64,000 bases of DNA. Source: Rhodospirillales bacterium. GTDB lineage: Bacteria > Pseudomonadota > Alphaproteobacteria > Bin95. A program made the translations under genes and the position numbers. The notes below the pieces were generated by a model. The model ran no database searches. It was given only the letters and a program-made list of their open reading frames with translations, and was not told the DNA's origin. This document shows positions 12,507 through 26,481 of the stretch, piece by piece (the first letter of the stretch is position 1; each line of letters starts with the position of its first letter). The stretch is from assembly GCA_038143065.1 (NCBI GenBank), contig JAYQLI010000035.1, positions 800,001 to 864,000 on the forward strand. The letters run 5' to 3'.

Positions 12507-13326
12507 ATCAAAATGCTTTCTGAGATCAGCAACGTACTTAATGGCATCCAAATAGCCCTCCACGCTCCCACAATCGAACCGGTGACCATTCAGTGTAACT
12601 GCTTCTACTGCATTATTGGACGCCTGCTTGTTAATTGCATCTGCAAGTTGAATTTCACCACCAGCTCCTACAGGCTGATTACAAAAAGAATATTAAAGAT
12701 GTCTGGAGTTAATACATAGCGACCGATGCTAGCTAGATTTGATGGAGCTTTGTCCGCATCTGGTTTTTCCACAAGACCTGCTACTGCACCTGGCTTACCG
12801 TTTTGGACTACAACCCCATACTTACTAATATCAGGACCATTAACTTCCATCGCTGAGTTGAGACTTACCGGATGCCGCAAACGAACGCACAAGATCAGCT
12901 GTAGCACCGCCCCCTCACACGTGAGAAAATCATCTGCGAGCAATACAGCAAAGGGAACACTACCTACGGCTCGTTCCGCACAGAGAACGGCATGGCCGAG
13001 ACCAAGTTGCTCAGGTTGACGAACAAAAATGCATTCTACTCCTGAGGCAAAATGTTCCTAACCATGTCGGCCTCTTGATCTTTGCCTTTTGCCCGTAGAG
13101 CCATCTCAAGTTCTTGGTTACTGTCAAAATGGTCTTCAATGGCGCGCTTATTGCGGCCTGTCACGAAAATTAGTGTATCAATGCCCGCCGCAATCGCCTC
13201 CTCTCTGCATATTGAATCAGAGGCTTGTCGACTATAGGAAGTAGTTCTTTCGGGTGCTTTTGTGGCAGGGAGAAACCTTGTGCCAAAACCAGCGACGGGA
13301 AAAACTGCTTTACGGATCTTGGTCAT
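12507..13326 (-). CDS. galU: UTP-glucose-1-phosphate uridylyltransferase, frameshifted
   Basis: [24 protein letters not shown]; LVEKP...[13 protein letters not shown]; GEIQLADAI; [10 protein letters not shown]. 3' end approximate. Confidence 0.93.
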
Positions 13327-13934
13327 AGGAAAATACGTCTAACTGATAACGATTGAGCTGAAGATAGTAGCACAAATGTCCATACACTAAAAAAATAAGC
13401 TACTATCTACCTAAACACCATACGTTTTTCAGATTGCTTCAGACAACTATCCTATTTTCGATCATAATGCATCGATAACAATAATCCTAGCATTTCTAAT
13501 TCTTAATATTAGAGCTATGCGATAGGGGCTTCCTTACTACGTAAAGAAGCAGCTCTAAATTTGAGAATAAAAAGTAGTTTTTGCTGAATGAACCAACTCT
13601 TTTGAAGACAACGTTTGAGGTCCGTTGGTTTGTTCCCTTTTTTGGATTTCGATCTGAACGTAAATAAACCTTAAGAACTTTGCATAAGTAAAATATCTGG
13701 AAATTTTCTACTTTTGGGTTGGTGAACTTTCCATTTTTCAAAACAAATCAATTTCTCACAAGAACCTCATCACTCTGGATAATGTTTTTACCCAACTTTG
13801 CAAATGAAGGCTACATTCACCAATGTTGCCTTAGATTTTCAAAATCATTATAAAGTTTTTAGCTTTGACGCTGATAAAAAACACTAAGTGTTTGGATCTA
13901 ATATAATTAATTTATACAGATTACGGCAAGTAAA

Positions 13935-15890
13935 ATGACCAATGAATCCCGAATAAACGAAGATGAAATTGATGTATTAGAATTACTATCTAGGTTGTGG
14001 GCGCACAAGATTTTCATCATTTTTTTAACCCTTACCTCAATTGGAATTGGTTTTCTTCATTGCTAAAAATGGAAAAAGTTTTTACGTCTAGCGCTATATT
14101 TATTTTGGAGGAAAACCCTCAAAACAATTTACAATCTCAATTGTCCTCTTCATTGGGGTCTTTTAGCGGTCTTATTGGAGTACCAATAATTCAATCTGAT
14201 GTCGATCAATTAATTGAAAGAATAACAGAGCGGAACTTTATTTTAGAGTTAGATAAGGAGTTAGGTTTTAGGCATGACAGATATTTCAATAATTATAACG
14301 AAAGTCTCTCAGACCCTGATTGGAAAATATTCCTAAAATCTCTGTTAAATTGGAACACCATACCGATAGATCCCGCTAGAAAGATAGATTGGAGTGTTGT
14401 CAATGGCTTCCATAAAAATGTTAAAATTACTCAAACAGAAGCAGGCGCCATTAAAGTAAGTGTGAAACATATTGATCCAGAAAAAGCTGCAGAAATTGCA
14501 AATCATATCGCAACAAAAACTATGTTGCTCGTAAAAAAGAAAATGTGGAGACATCTAACGAGAAGCTGACCTATTTATCTCAAAAACTTGCTGACTCGCT
14601 AATAAATTACGAAAATGCAGAGAAAAAGTTAAAAAACTTTGCTCTTTCAAATAGTACTGCATCTTTATCATCATTGCCACAGGATCTGTGTTACTAGATG
14701 ATCTCCGGTCTCAGCGAGAAAAAGCAAGACTCAAGTAGATGCTATTGATGTTTTGCTGCCGTTCGCGGCACGTACGATTCCGACAATTGAAGATTATGTA
14801 AAAAGTACGAAAGGACTACCCGATCTTAGACCAGTCCGATTTCCGTCGGATCCTAGGCATTTCTGAAGTACTTAGCACCTGGAGCTGGCCAAGTGCGAAA
14901 AAATTATCTCGAGTTCGAGACAGTATTAACGATCGGATTGGTTCTCTGGACGCTCAAATTGTAGCACTTGAAGCAGATGCCAAAAGATATGCACAAAGCG
15001 CCGAAGAAATGCAAAAAATTGAGGCGCGATCTTAAAATAGAAGGGAGGCGACATACAGCGTTCTTATTGAGCAAGTGAAGTCTCTATCGCTCGCCGCTGG
15101 CTTCACTCCTGATGACTCTCTATGTTTATCGCCGCTGCTGACGCAGCCATAAGTCCATCCCAACCAAAAATAATTCTTACACTTGCTCTCGCAACGGTCT
15201 TAGGTTTTCTTATCTCATGCCTTATAACTTTGACGCTGAGCTTTCGGGCGGGATTCTGTTATACAGAGAGAGCCGTGTTGGATCGGCTTAATCAAATTCT
15301 ACTCTTAAAATACGATCCCTTCGTGAAAACCGATGCAGAACTCTTACAGAGGCGCAAAACAGCCTCAACGGGCGTCCTATGGATTGGGCAAGACAAGTAC
15401 TTTTAGAAAGTGTAGCGAGTGACGGCACTTCTTCTACGCTTATTTTAGATACCACACCATCCCAGTACGCCTCCGCAATATCCCGTTTGTTAGGAATAGC
15501 GCTAATGACTTGGGCTTAACGGTAGCCTACATTGACCTCTCTAAAAATATTCAATCTGACAAAGCAAAACAATATGATTGTATTTCTGGAGCTGAAGACG
15601 ATTTAATAATTTCTGAAAAATTAAATGGATGTACTGAATTTAATTATATCAAGGGAAAACAAAATATAGAAATGTTGTTTTCTAAGTCATTTCAAGTATC
15701 TATTAATAGACTTGAGAAAAATTATGACCTTGTTATACTGTCTGCTGATATTAATTCTTTAAATATACTATATTCTTATAATATTCATAGTAAATTTAAT
15801 TTAGTAGCACATGTTTCAAAGGAAGGACGAAGGCTGAGACTCTTCGAGGATTAAACAAAAAAGGAAGTGTGAACTTTGCATTACTCATAA
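13935..15890 (+). CDS. Polysaccharide co-polymerase/chain-length regulator (Wzz/GumC/Wzc-like), frameshifted
   Basis: MTNESRINEDEIDVLELLSRLWAHK (Wzz N-terminus); periplasmic coiled region; A...PSQPKIILTLALATVLG (Pro-rich motif plus TM); cytoplasmic tail. Confidence 0.75.
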
Positions 15891-17089
15891 GGCCTTTTCA
15901 AAAGAATTATCGGCATTGTATTTGTCCTTACTATTTCTGGATGTTCATCAGTTTTAGAGCCGATTAAGCTTCCCGATCTTACGCCTAACCCTCAGTTGCA
16001 AGAAAAGTTTGCTATAGACTTGGTGCCGCTTACATTTTTGCCTCGGCTTCGGCGCTAAATTCGAACCATATTCAAGGCAGATATCTCTTCCAGTAATGCC
16101 TACTCAGCTAATGTCGTCAGCGAAGACACGATCATAAAAACAATTTCCTCCCACCAGAGATGGGTTCTCATATCGACTTGGCATTGGTGATGAGTACCCT
16201 TGTACAGTTTGTGACTCACTCCCCTTCTTTAGGATTATTGATGAAACCCAACTTGGTGGGAAGGAAGCCGATGCCATTTCATTCGCACCAACAGCTGCAC
16301 CGGCATCTAGTATAATTTTCGACTAATGGCCGTGTAGCAAATGATGGAAGTTGTTACTCATTGGAGTTGGTCGTCTCGAAGCAAAGGACGCTTCTTGACT
16401 GACCTGCAAAAAAGTGAGAAGTATTCTTATACGAAATGGTAAAGCTCCGATTTTCAGTTAGAGATTGCAGGCTTTAACTCGCAGAAGGCTTTTTATCACC
16501 ACTGATGAACAAAAGCCTGGTCGACCAGTCATGTTTTGCCGATTACTGACCAAGGGACATCATTGCGAGAAACCCTCGCTTCCGCTGGTATCGCCTTCAA
16601 TGAGAGATTTTCACAGCTGTGAAAAATTCAACGAGACAGCAAAACATTTTCCTTTAGCTTGGCTGACCTTTTCTCTGAAGACGCACCGGAAGTATATTAA
16701 AAGATAAAGATCACGTATTCATTCAAAATCTGGAATACGTCAACGGAAATGTTTTTTTAGTTGGTGGGGTACAACCCAAAATAATCAAAATACAGCCAGA
16801 ACTTCGTCAAACATTAGCTGAGGTATTATTTGCTGAGGGTGGTCCACTAGGAGCACCGAACGCACAACGGTCAACAGTTTATTTATTGCGAGGGCTTGAT
16901 CCTATCAAAGCATATCATTTAGATGCTCAAAATCCCGCAAGAATTTTTGTAGCTGATGCCGTCGAGATGCGGCCAAATGATATCGTTTATGTAGCTGAAC
17001 AGCCAATAAATACATTCAATAGAGCTCTTCAAACAATACCTGCCATTGAGGCTTCTCTCAGGGATACTCAAAACGGAAATCTCCCTAAA
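15870..17089 (+). CDS. wza: Polysaccharide export outer-membrane lipoprotein (Wza-like), frameshifted
   Basis: Lipobox LTISGC; YRLGIGD; SLBB-like TLAEVL...GG; C-terminal VYLLRG...AYHLDAQNPARIFVADAVEMRPNDIVYVAEQPI. Confidence 0.75.
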
Positions 17090-17413
17090 TGGAATAACCT
17101 CAAATTTTATAAACTGGAAAATAAAAAGTGCACTGAACAGGCCTAAACTCAGTTCCTAATGCTATTTTAATAGACACAGACACGACACAACTGCATCAGC
17201 CTGTTTCTGACCATTAATTTTTTATTTGATAATAAAGTCTCATTGGATACGAGAACTGCTCATGCTGGATTATTGATTTTCCAATTAACAGAAGTCTTAA
17301 AAAACCTAACCTTAGATCAAACATAACTCTGAATGTTGGTTGTTTTTCTAAAAGGGGCGCTTTCCGGGTAATTAGGGGACGGGCAAAGCACCCTATAAGC
17401 TAATTAACTAAAA

Positions 17414-19123
<1,710 letters not shown>

Positions 19124-19215
19124 GATAACACTCCAAAGAACGTCTTTCCCAGTCTCATCTAGAGCCCTAAATGACAAGTATTAATCTGTACAAAAATCAA
19201 TCAAACGAAAAATAA

Positions 19216-19274
19216 TGCCTGCAAAAAAGGCATTTGCGGAAAATTTAAACCTTTATGTGCTTAATTTGTATGCA
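19216..19274. promoter_or_regulatory. Two NtrC-like binding sites upstream of amtB
   Basis: TGCCTGCAAAAAAGGCA (19216-19232) and TGCTTAATTTGTATGCA (19258-19274). Both are TGC-N11-GCA with AT-rich cores, 42 bp apart, upstream of amtB-glnK. Confidence 0.6.
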
Positions 19275-20900
19275 CAAAGATATTCATCGGCTCGTCGGAG
19301 AATCAAAACCCCCGATTAAGTCGCCTCCCCATTGCCCAAGCATAAGGCGCGGCCTCTGCTAGCAGTCCATAAAGTTGGTCTGTGAGCTCGAAGTCTGCAG
19401 CTGCAGCAATCGCCCTTAAACGCTCACCTTCTACATCGCTAATTTCTATTTCAGGTGGTGGTAGAACCGGGGTCAAACTATTGGGTGGAGGTGCAACCTC
19501 TAAATTTGGTCTTAGACCCCGTAAACCAATAGATTTCTCTAGAACAAGGCCTGCTTTAAGTATCTTAGCATCATCAAACGGACGACCAGCAAGCTGTACT
19601 CCAGAGGAAGCCCCTCAGAATTAAATCCAACCGGCACACTTAATGCAGGCCCAGCTGTCACATCAAAGGGTGTAAGAATACTAGGTGTTGTCCAAAACGT
19701 TTTGGTTCTGTGCCCATCAAGTCTAGGTGCTGCTCCAAGCGCACTAGGGGCAAGTAAAACATCAAAACGATCCCAAAGAGCCTGCATCTCCCCCCATCAA
19801 TTGGCGCCGACGGCGTTGAGCAGCCACATAATCTTGACCTGTAAATAACAGAGCGCCAAGGCTTCGCGCGAGAAAATCCTGGCCAAAATCAGACGGGCGC
19901 GTCATTAAATTTCGGCGATGAACATTAAAAAGTTCAGTTTCAGCAATAACAATTTTTACATCATACCAATCCTGAACTGGTGCAATACGGGCTGTTTCCA
20001 CAACACATCCTGCATCTGAAAGCGCAGTGGCTGCTTGTTCCACGGCTTCTACCATCTCAGTATGAACTGAGAGATCCTCTTCCCAGAAATGCCTGAGAAG
20101 ACCAACTCGGAGACCTTTTATAGATTGCCCTAATTTTTTAAATGCATCGGGCGGCTGAGCATGTGCACTTGCTGGATCAGCGCCATCTGGCCCAGCTGCC
20201 GCATCCAGCATCAGGGCACAATCGGCAACCGTCCAAGCCAGCGGCCCTGCATGATCAAAAGTAAAGGAGTTGGGAATAATCCCTGCTCGACTTATGAGGC
20301 CATACGTAGGCATAAATCCCGCAACTCCACAGTAGGTTGCCGGTCCACGAATTGAACCACCTGTATCTGAACCCATAGCAGCAGCAACGTAACCAGCTGC
20401 AACGGCAGCACCAGAACCACTGGATGACCCCCGGTAAAATGCTCTAAATTCCATGGATTACGAGCAGGCGGCCACGGCAGATCAAAGCTCGGACCACCAT
20501 GAGCAAATTCATGTGTCGTTAGCTTTGCAAGTATAATAGCGCCCGCCGCTCGTAACTTTGCCACCGACGTTGCATCTTTATCTGGTATTCGGTTTTGCGT
20601 CGTCTTTGATCCTCCTGCCGTCAAAACACCTGCTGTATCGAAAATGTCTTTCAGTCCTACTGGCAGACCATGGATGGGACTAAGACGCCGACCATTAACT
20701 ATTTCAGTTGTGGCACTTTTAGCATTAGCCACTGCAGCTTCAGCCATTAAAGTTACGCAGGCACTGGTTTTTGAATCCAGCTGTTCAATCCGAGAAATTG
20801 CTGTCTCTACAATTTCACTTGGTGAGAGATCACCTTTCGCTACTGCTGCAGACTGTTCAGACAACGACATTTGCCAAATTTCAGTCACATAGCCCCCCAT
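19261..20900 (-). CDS. Amidase-signature family enzyme (GatA/AtzE-like) with C-terminal extension, frameshifted
   Basis: GLPVGLKD, GSSSGSGAAVAAG and GSDTGGSIRGPA give the Lys-Ser-Ser triad motifs. The frame continues past the usual end into a Pro-rich linker and a helical tail. Confidence 0.88.
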
Positions 20901-21065
20901 GTATTTTTCTTAAGATAAGAACAAAACAGAGATGCAGTCGATATCAACTTCTCCCTGCCAGGGCATTGAGAGGATTAAAAAAGCTGAAACCTTTCAACTG
21001 CATGTAGCCATCGCACATTAATTTTCCTTGACCTTTTTTCAATATTGCAAAACCACAAAAAATAA

Positions 21066-21080
21066 GAACATAATAGGAAC
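21066..21080 (+). promoter_or_regulatory. Alphaproteobacterial LexA (SOS) box
   Basis: GAAC-ATAATAG-GAAC (GAAC-N7-GAAC) directly before the imuA ATG at 21081, overlapping a -10-like CATAAT. Confidence 0.85.
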
Positions 21081-21771
21081 ATGAGATTCAATATACAGTC
21101 CTATAAAAATCAAAACTCTAGCCTCAAGGCAGTGCAATTTTCGCCTCGTGGTCCAGCATTGTCTTTTGGTGATAAAAGAATTGATAATATTTTTAATGGA
21201 GGCTTTAACAGTCATGCAATGCATGAAATCTATGGCCCTGCAGCTGTTGCCCTAACCTCTATGATTGCATCATTCACCACAGGAAAAATCATCTGGATTA
21301 GATCAAAAAATCAACTCAAACAGCTAAATCCAAATGGAATTTTTATATAAATAATAATTTAAACAATTATATAAATATTTTTTCCAAACCAAAATATATA
21401 CTTTGGGCAGTGGAGCAAGCAGCACGGTCTAGCGCATCTAGCGTAGTAATAGCAGAGCTTCCACAGTCACCTGATTTTGTTTCCAGTCGCCGCTTGCAAC
21501 TGATTGCACGTGAACAAGGCACGCTTGTAATAGTTCTTCCATACCATGATAGGAATATTCCACCAAGCGCTGCTGAAACCCGCCTTCGCGCCACTTCAAT
21601 TCCAGATCCATTCGTGAAGCACCAAGATTCCAAATAGATTTATTTAAGAACAAAAATGGTACAAATTTTAGTTGGAAGATGGAATGGCATGACCCGAAAG
21701 ATCGTTTCAGTATGGTTTCCCAATATAGCAACAGATCTAATTATGCGCCGCCATCCCATATGGCGGGATAG
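21081..21771 (+). CDS. imuA: ImuA, RecA-like mutagenesis protein, frameshifted
   Basis: LSFGDKRIDNIFNGG...HEIYG; WAVEQAARS...SRRLQLIA. Lies directly before imuB. Confidence 0.8.
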
Positions 21772-23182
21772 ACCATTAGCTCTCTTCAGCGATAGCAGTT
21801 CTAAACTAGTTGTTACTGCAGTTAATCCCGTTGCAAAGATTGAGGGTGTTAGAATAGGCATGACACTTGCCGATGCCCAAGCTGTCGTTACTACCCTCGA
21901 TACAATTCCCCACCAATTAGATAAGCAAAAACTGGGGCTGGAGGCACTTGCCCGCTTGATGGAGCGTGTTACTCCCATGGCTGCAATAGTTGGCAACGAT
22001 ACTCTATTTTTAGACATGACTGGCGGCACTCATCTGTTTGGTGGAGAGCACGCATTCTTGGAAAAACTTACTAATTGGCTAACTAAATTAGGTTTTTCTA
22101 TCCGCCTAGCTTTGGCTAATACCCCTGGCGCGGCATGGGCAATAGCCCACTATGGTGCCACGGGGACTGTAGCGCAGCAAAACAAACTCAATAGTGCCTT
22201 AGCCCCATTACCAATTGCTGCCTTACGTCTACCAGCAGAAACTGTAACTAAGCTAAAACGTTTAGGGATTAATTGCATTCAAGATCTGATTAATCTACCT
22301 CGCCAAGCCTTAGTTCGACGTTTTGGCATACAGGTAGCTACACGTATTGACCAAGCCTTAGGTGCTGTTAACGAACCAATTTCACCAGAAACCCCAAAAA
22401 TTTCTTTATTAGTTAGCCTTAACTTTGAAGAACCAATCACTGAACAACCAGCACTTGAAAAAGCACTTGATCACCTATTGGACAAACTAATCTTTCGTCT
22501 AGCTACGAGTGACTTAGGCGCAACCTTGCTTGACCTAACTATCAAGCGAGTAGATGGCAAAAACCAAGTGCTGTCTGTTGGTACAGCTTCTCCAAGTCGA
22601 GAAAAAACTCGTCTAGCCCGCCTCTTCCAAGAAAAATTAAAAACTGTAGAGGCTGGCTTCGGCATTGATACAGTAATTCTCTCCGCAAGTAACAGTGAGC
22701 CTCTTGATCATCGCCAGCAAGACGCTCTTGGGGCTGACTCAACGTCAAACGCGTTAGAAAAGTTAGTTGATACACTTGGCAATCGACTTGGCTTTGACGC
22801 CATTCAGTATTTTCAACCTGGAGAAAGCTGGCGCCCAGGACATGACTTTCATAACGTCCCTATAAAAAGCAATAATATAACCGATGATGATTGGCCAACC
22901 TTACCTGGGCCACGCCCTATTACCCTCCTATCAAAACCAATTCGCATACAGGCAAAAGCATCCCTAAACCACTTAGAGCCGCCAACTATTCTCATTCGAG
23001 GCCCTCTTCGTCGTCAGATTTGTTACGCACAAGGACCTGAACGAATTTTACCAGAATGGTGGATAGAAGACCCAACATGGCCTTCTTGCCGTGACTACTG
23101 GCAGGTTGAGGATGAAGCAGGAGAGCGACTATGGATTTATCGCGAAAAAAACGCTTGGTATCTGCACGGGTTTTTCGCGTGA
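21689..23182 (+). CDS. imuB: ImuB, inactive Y-family polymerase
   Basis: RKIVSVWFP...GVRIGMTLADA; LFLDMTGGTHLFGGE; C-terminal GPERILPEWW...RDYWQVED...WYLHGFFA. Confidence 0.93.
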   Translation: MTRKIVSVWFPNIATDLIMRRHPIWRDRPLALFSDSSSKLVVTAVNPVAKIEGVRIGMTLADAQAVVTTLDTIPHQLDKQKLGLEALARLMERVTPMAAIVGNDTLFLDMTGGTHLFGGEHAFLEKLTNWLTKLGFSIRLALANTPGAAWAIAHYGATGTVAQQNKLNSALAPLPIAALRLPAETVTKLKRLGINCIQDLINLPRQALVRRFGIQVATRIDQALGAVNEPISPETPKISLLVSLNFEEPITEQPALEKALDHLLDKLIFRLATSDLGATLLDLTIKRVDGKNQVLSVGTASPSREKTRLARLFQEKLKTVEAGFGIDTVILSASNSEPLDHRQQDALGADSTSNALEKLVDTLGNRLGFDAIQYFQPGESWRPGHDFHNVPIKSNNITDDDWPTLPGPRPITLLSKPIRIQAKASLNHLEPPTILIRGPLRRQICYAQGPERILPEWWIEDPTWPSCRDYWQVEDEAGERLWIYREKNAWYLHGFFA

Positions 23183-23185
23183 TTT

Positions 23186-26100
23186 ATGGGTTATGTAGAA
23201 CTTCAAGCACTGACTGCATTTAGCTTTCAAGAAGGTGCTTCATTACCCGAAGAAATAGCAAATAGGGCAGCAGAACTTAATCATACTGCCATAGCAACAG
23301 CTGACAGGAATAGCTTATCCGGTATCGTCAGAGCTCATGTTACCGCTAAAAAACTAGGACTTCGCTTTATTGTTGGAACGCGCCTTGATCTTGCGGATGG
23401 ACAAAGCTTTGTAGCATATCCCAAAAATCGGTCTGCTTATGGTCGCCTTTGTCGACTAATAACACTCGGCCGTCGACGGGCAGAAAAAGGCAATTGCGAA
23501 ATCTATCCGGTGGATCTGCTGGAGTATGCAAAAGATATTCTCTTAATAGCACTTCCAGATTCAAACATTTCACCCAACTTTATCCAAGATTTACAGGACT
23601 GGAGAGCAGCGCTTGGCGACCAGGTCTTTTTAGCTGCTTCCCGGCAACTTGGGGCAAAAGATACTAGCCGAATACAAAAATTATCAGACTTAGCTGAAGT
23701 ATCGCATACACCCCTAGTCGCAACGAATAATGTTATCATGCATACCGCCGAACGTCGCAAACTCGCTGACATTCTTGCTTGTGTACGGAACAAATGTACC
23801 GTCGATACACTTGGTCGTCGCGCCTTTAGTCAATGCCGAGCGACATCTGAAATCTGAAACTGAAATGTTAGAACTGTTTCCGGGGCTATGAAGCAGCCGT
23901 TACCCGTTCAGTCGAAATCGCTGAAAGTTGTGACTTTAACCTGGACGAACTCCGCTATGAATACCCAGAAGAGCCAGTGCCTTCAGGGGTATCAACACAA
24001 AACTATCTTGAGCAAGAAACTTGGTCTGGTGCACACCGTCGCTATCCGAATGGCATACCAGAGAAGATCCGTATTGATTTAGAACGGGAACTTGAACTTA
24101 CTTCCAAGCTTGGTTACGCGCAGTATTTTCTGACCGTGTATGACATTGTGCGCTTTGCTCGACACGCTGGCATTATTTCCCAGGGCCGAGGATCGGCTGC
24201 TAACTCAGCAATCTGCTATTGCCTTGGCATCACTTCTGTAAATCCAATGGAAGCAAACCTACTTTTTGAGCGCTTTATTTCTATCGAACGCGGCGAACCA
24301 CCAGATATTGATATAGATTTTGAACACGAACGTAGAGAAGAAATTATTCAATATATTTACCGTCGATATGGACGAGAGCGGGCGGGTCTTGCGGCAACAG
24401 TAATTCATTATCGTGGACGTAGTGCGGTACGCGATGTTGGAAAGGCCATGGGACTTTCATCAGATATTGTCTCAAAACTTGCCAGCCAGACTTGGAACTG
24501 GTCATTAGACAGCATCAATCGAGAACAGATTGAAGAAATCGGTCTTGATCCAAATAATAAGCGGCTAAACCTTACACTATACCTTTCCAAGGAACTCATT
24601 GGCTTTCCACGACACCTCTCTCAACACGTTGGTGGCTTCGTCATTACTAAGGGAGACTGGATGAACTAGTGCCTGTTGAGAATGCGTCTATGGAAGATCG
24701 TACTGTAGTTGAGTGGGACAAGGACGATCTAGATGCACTTGGTATCCTTAAGATAGATATTCTTGCTCTGGGTATGCTGAGTGTAATTAAAAAGAGCTTT
24801 GATCTTATTCAAAAACACTATGGCCGACGCTTCACTCTCGCAACAATTCCCCGAGAAGACCCAAGCGTTTACGATATGCTCTGTAGAGCTGACAGTATTG
24901 GTGTGTTCCAAGTAGAGAGTAGAGCACAGATAGCATTTTTACCAAGGATGCGTCCACGCACTTTTTATGACCTTGTCATCGAAGTTGCAATCGTACGCCC
25001 CGGCCCAATCCAAGGTGATATGGTTCACCCTTATATCCGCCGTAGAAATGGTGAAGAATCGGTCGATTATCCTTCACCCATCCTCCAAGAGGTACTAGGA
25101 CGAACACTTGGCGTGCCTCTTTTTCAAGAACAAGCAATGAAAATTGCAATTGTAGCTGGAGGTTTTACGCCAGGGCAAGCTGACGAACTACGTCGCGCGA
25201 TGGCAACCTTCCGCCATACAGGGAGAATTCACTCTTTCCGTGACCAATTTTACGAAGGCATGCGACAAGGTGGATATGATGATGACTTCGCCAAACAATG
25301 CTTTTCAATGATAGAGGGGTTTGGAGAGTATGGTTTCCCTGAAAGCCATGCTGCTAGCTTTGCCCTCCTGGTCTATGCCTCTGCTTGGATAAAAAAGTAT
25401 TATCCTGATGTTTTCCTCTGCGCCCTATTAAACTCACAGCCTATGGGCTTTTATGCACCTGCTCAGCTAGTACGTGACGCACGTGAGCATGAAGTAGAAG
25501 TTAGACCTGTCGACGTGAATTATTCTAGCTGGGACAATATTTTAGAACCTAGTCTAGATAAAACATTTTGGGCTGTCCGGTTAGGGTTCCGGCAGGTAAA
25601 GGGATTTAAAGAAGAAGATGCTGAGTGGCTTGTCGCTGCGCGAGGTAATGGCTATCGGTCAATTGAAGATATTTGGCGCCGTGCTGGTTTAAAAACTGCA
25701 GTTATAGAAAGACTTGCCCAAGCTGATGCTCTTCAAGATCTAGAGCTATCACGCCGCCAGGCCTTATGGGAGACCGCCGCACTCCAAAAGGGAAAGCCAC
25801 TTCCTCTATTTGCTGCTGCTAATGATGCCGAATATGGCGAAGAGGTTAAGGTAAGCCTGTGTCCACCAACACTCGGTGAGGAGGTCTATGAAGATTATTC
25901 TTGGCTTCGCTTGAGCCTGCGGGCACATCCACTAGCCCTACTCCGTGACGAGCTGATGCATTCCATTAAAAATAAAGCACTGACAACCACACCCAATAAT
26001 AAGCAAATAGATGTTGCAGGCCTGGTAATTGCCCGCCAAAGGCCTGGCAGTGCCAAAGGCGTTATCTTTGCAACTTTAGAGGACGAGACAGGGGTTGCTA

Positions 26101-26402
26101 ATGTAATCATATGGCCAAAAGTTTTTGAAAAATACCGGCGCATTGTGCTAACGGCACGACTATTGAAAGTGACAGGAAAACTTCAACGAGAAGGAATTGT
26201 AACTCACATTATTGCTGACAAACTAGAAGACATATCTCATCTACTCGAAAAACTTGTTTGCGACGAACAATCGGTCAGTCCGATTACCTTACCTGATGAG
26301 ATATCGCATCAATCTCCACCAGCTAAACAAGTTGCAATCCCTCGGCCACGTCATCCACGTGATCAAGCACGAGTATTATTTCCTAGTAGGGATTTTAAAT
26401 AG
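23186..26402 (+). CDS. dnaE2: Error-prone DNA polymerase III alpha subunit DnaE2, frameshifted
   Basis: PHP domain; GRGSAANS; PPDIDIDFEHERREE; YGFPESHAASF; C-terminal SRDF motif typical of DnaE2. Confidence 0.95.
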
Positions 26403-26481
26403 CAATAGTCTTAGAAGGCATGCCTTTTGGGTTAAAAAAATCGCAAGGTCACAAATGCAGGATATGAAAGCCTATAAACGA

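Noticed and set aside
17090-17400. Possible VanZ-like membrane gene remnant on the minus strand after wza
   Set aside because: Only a vague ADAV...IALG resemblance in broken frames; not supportable.
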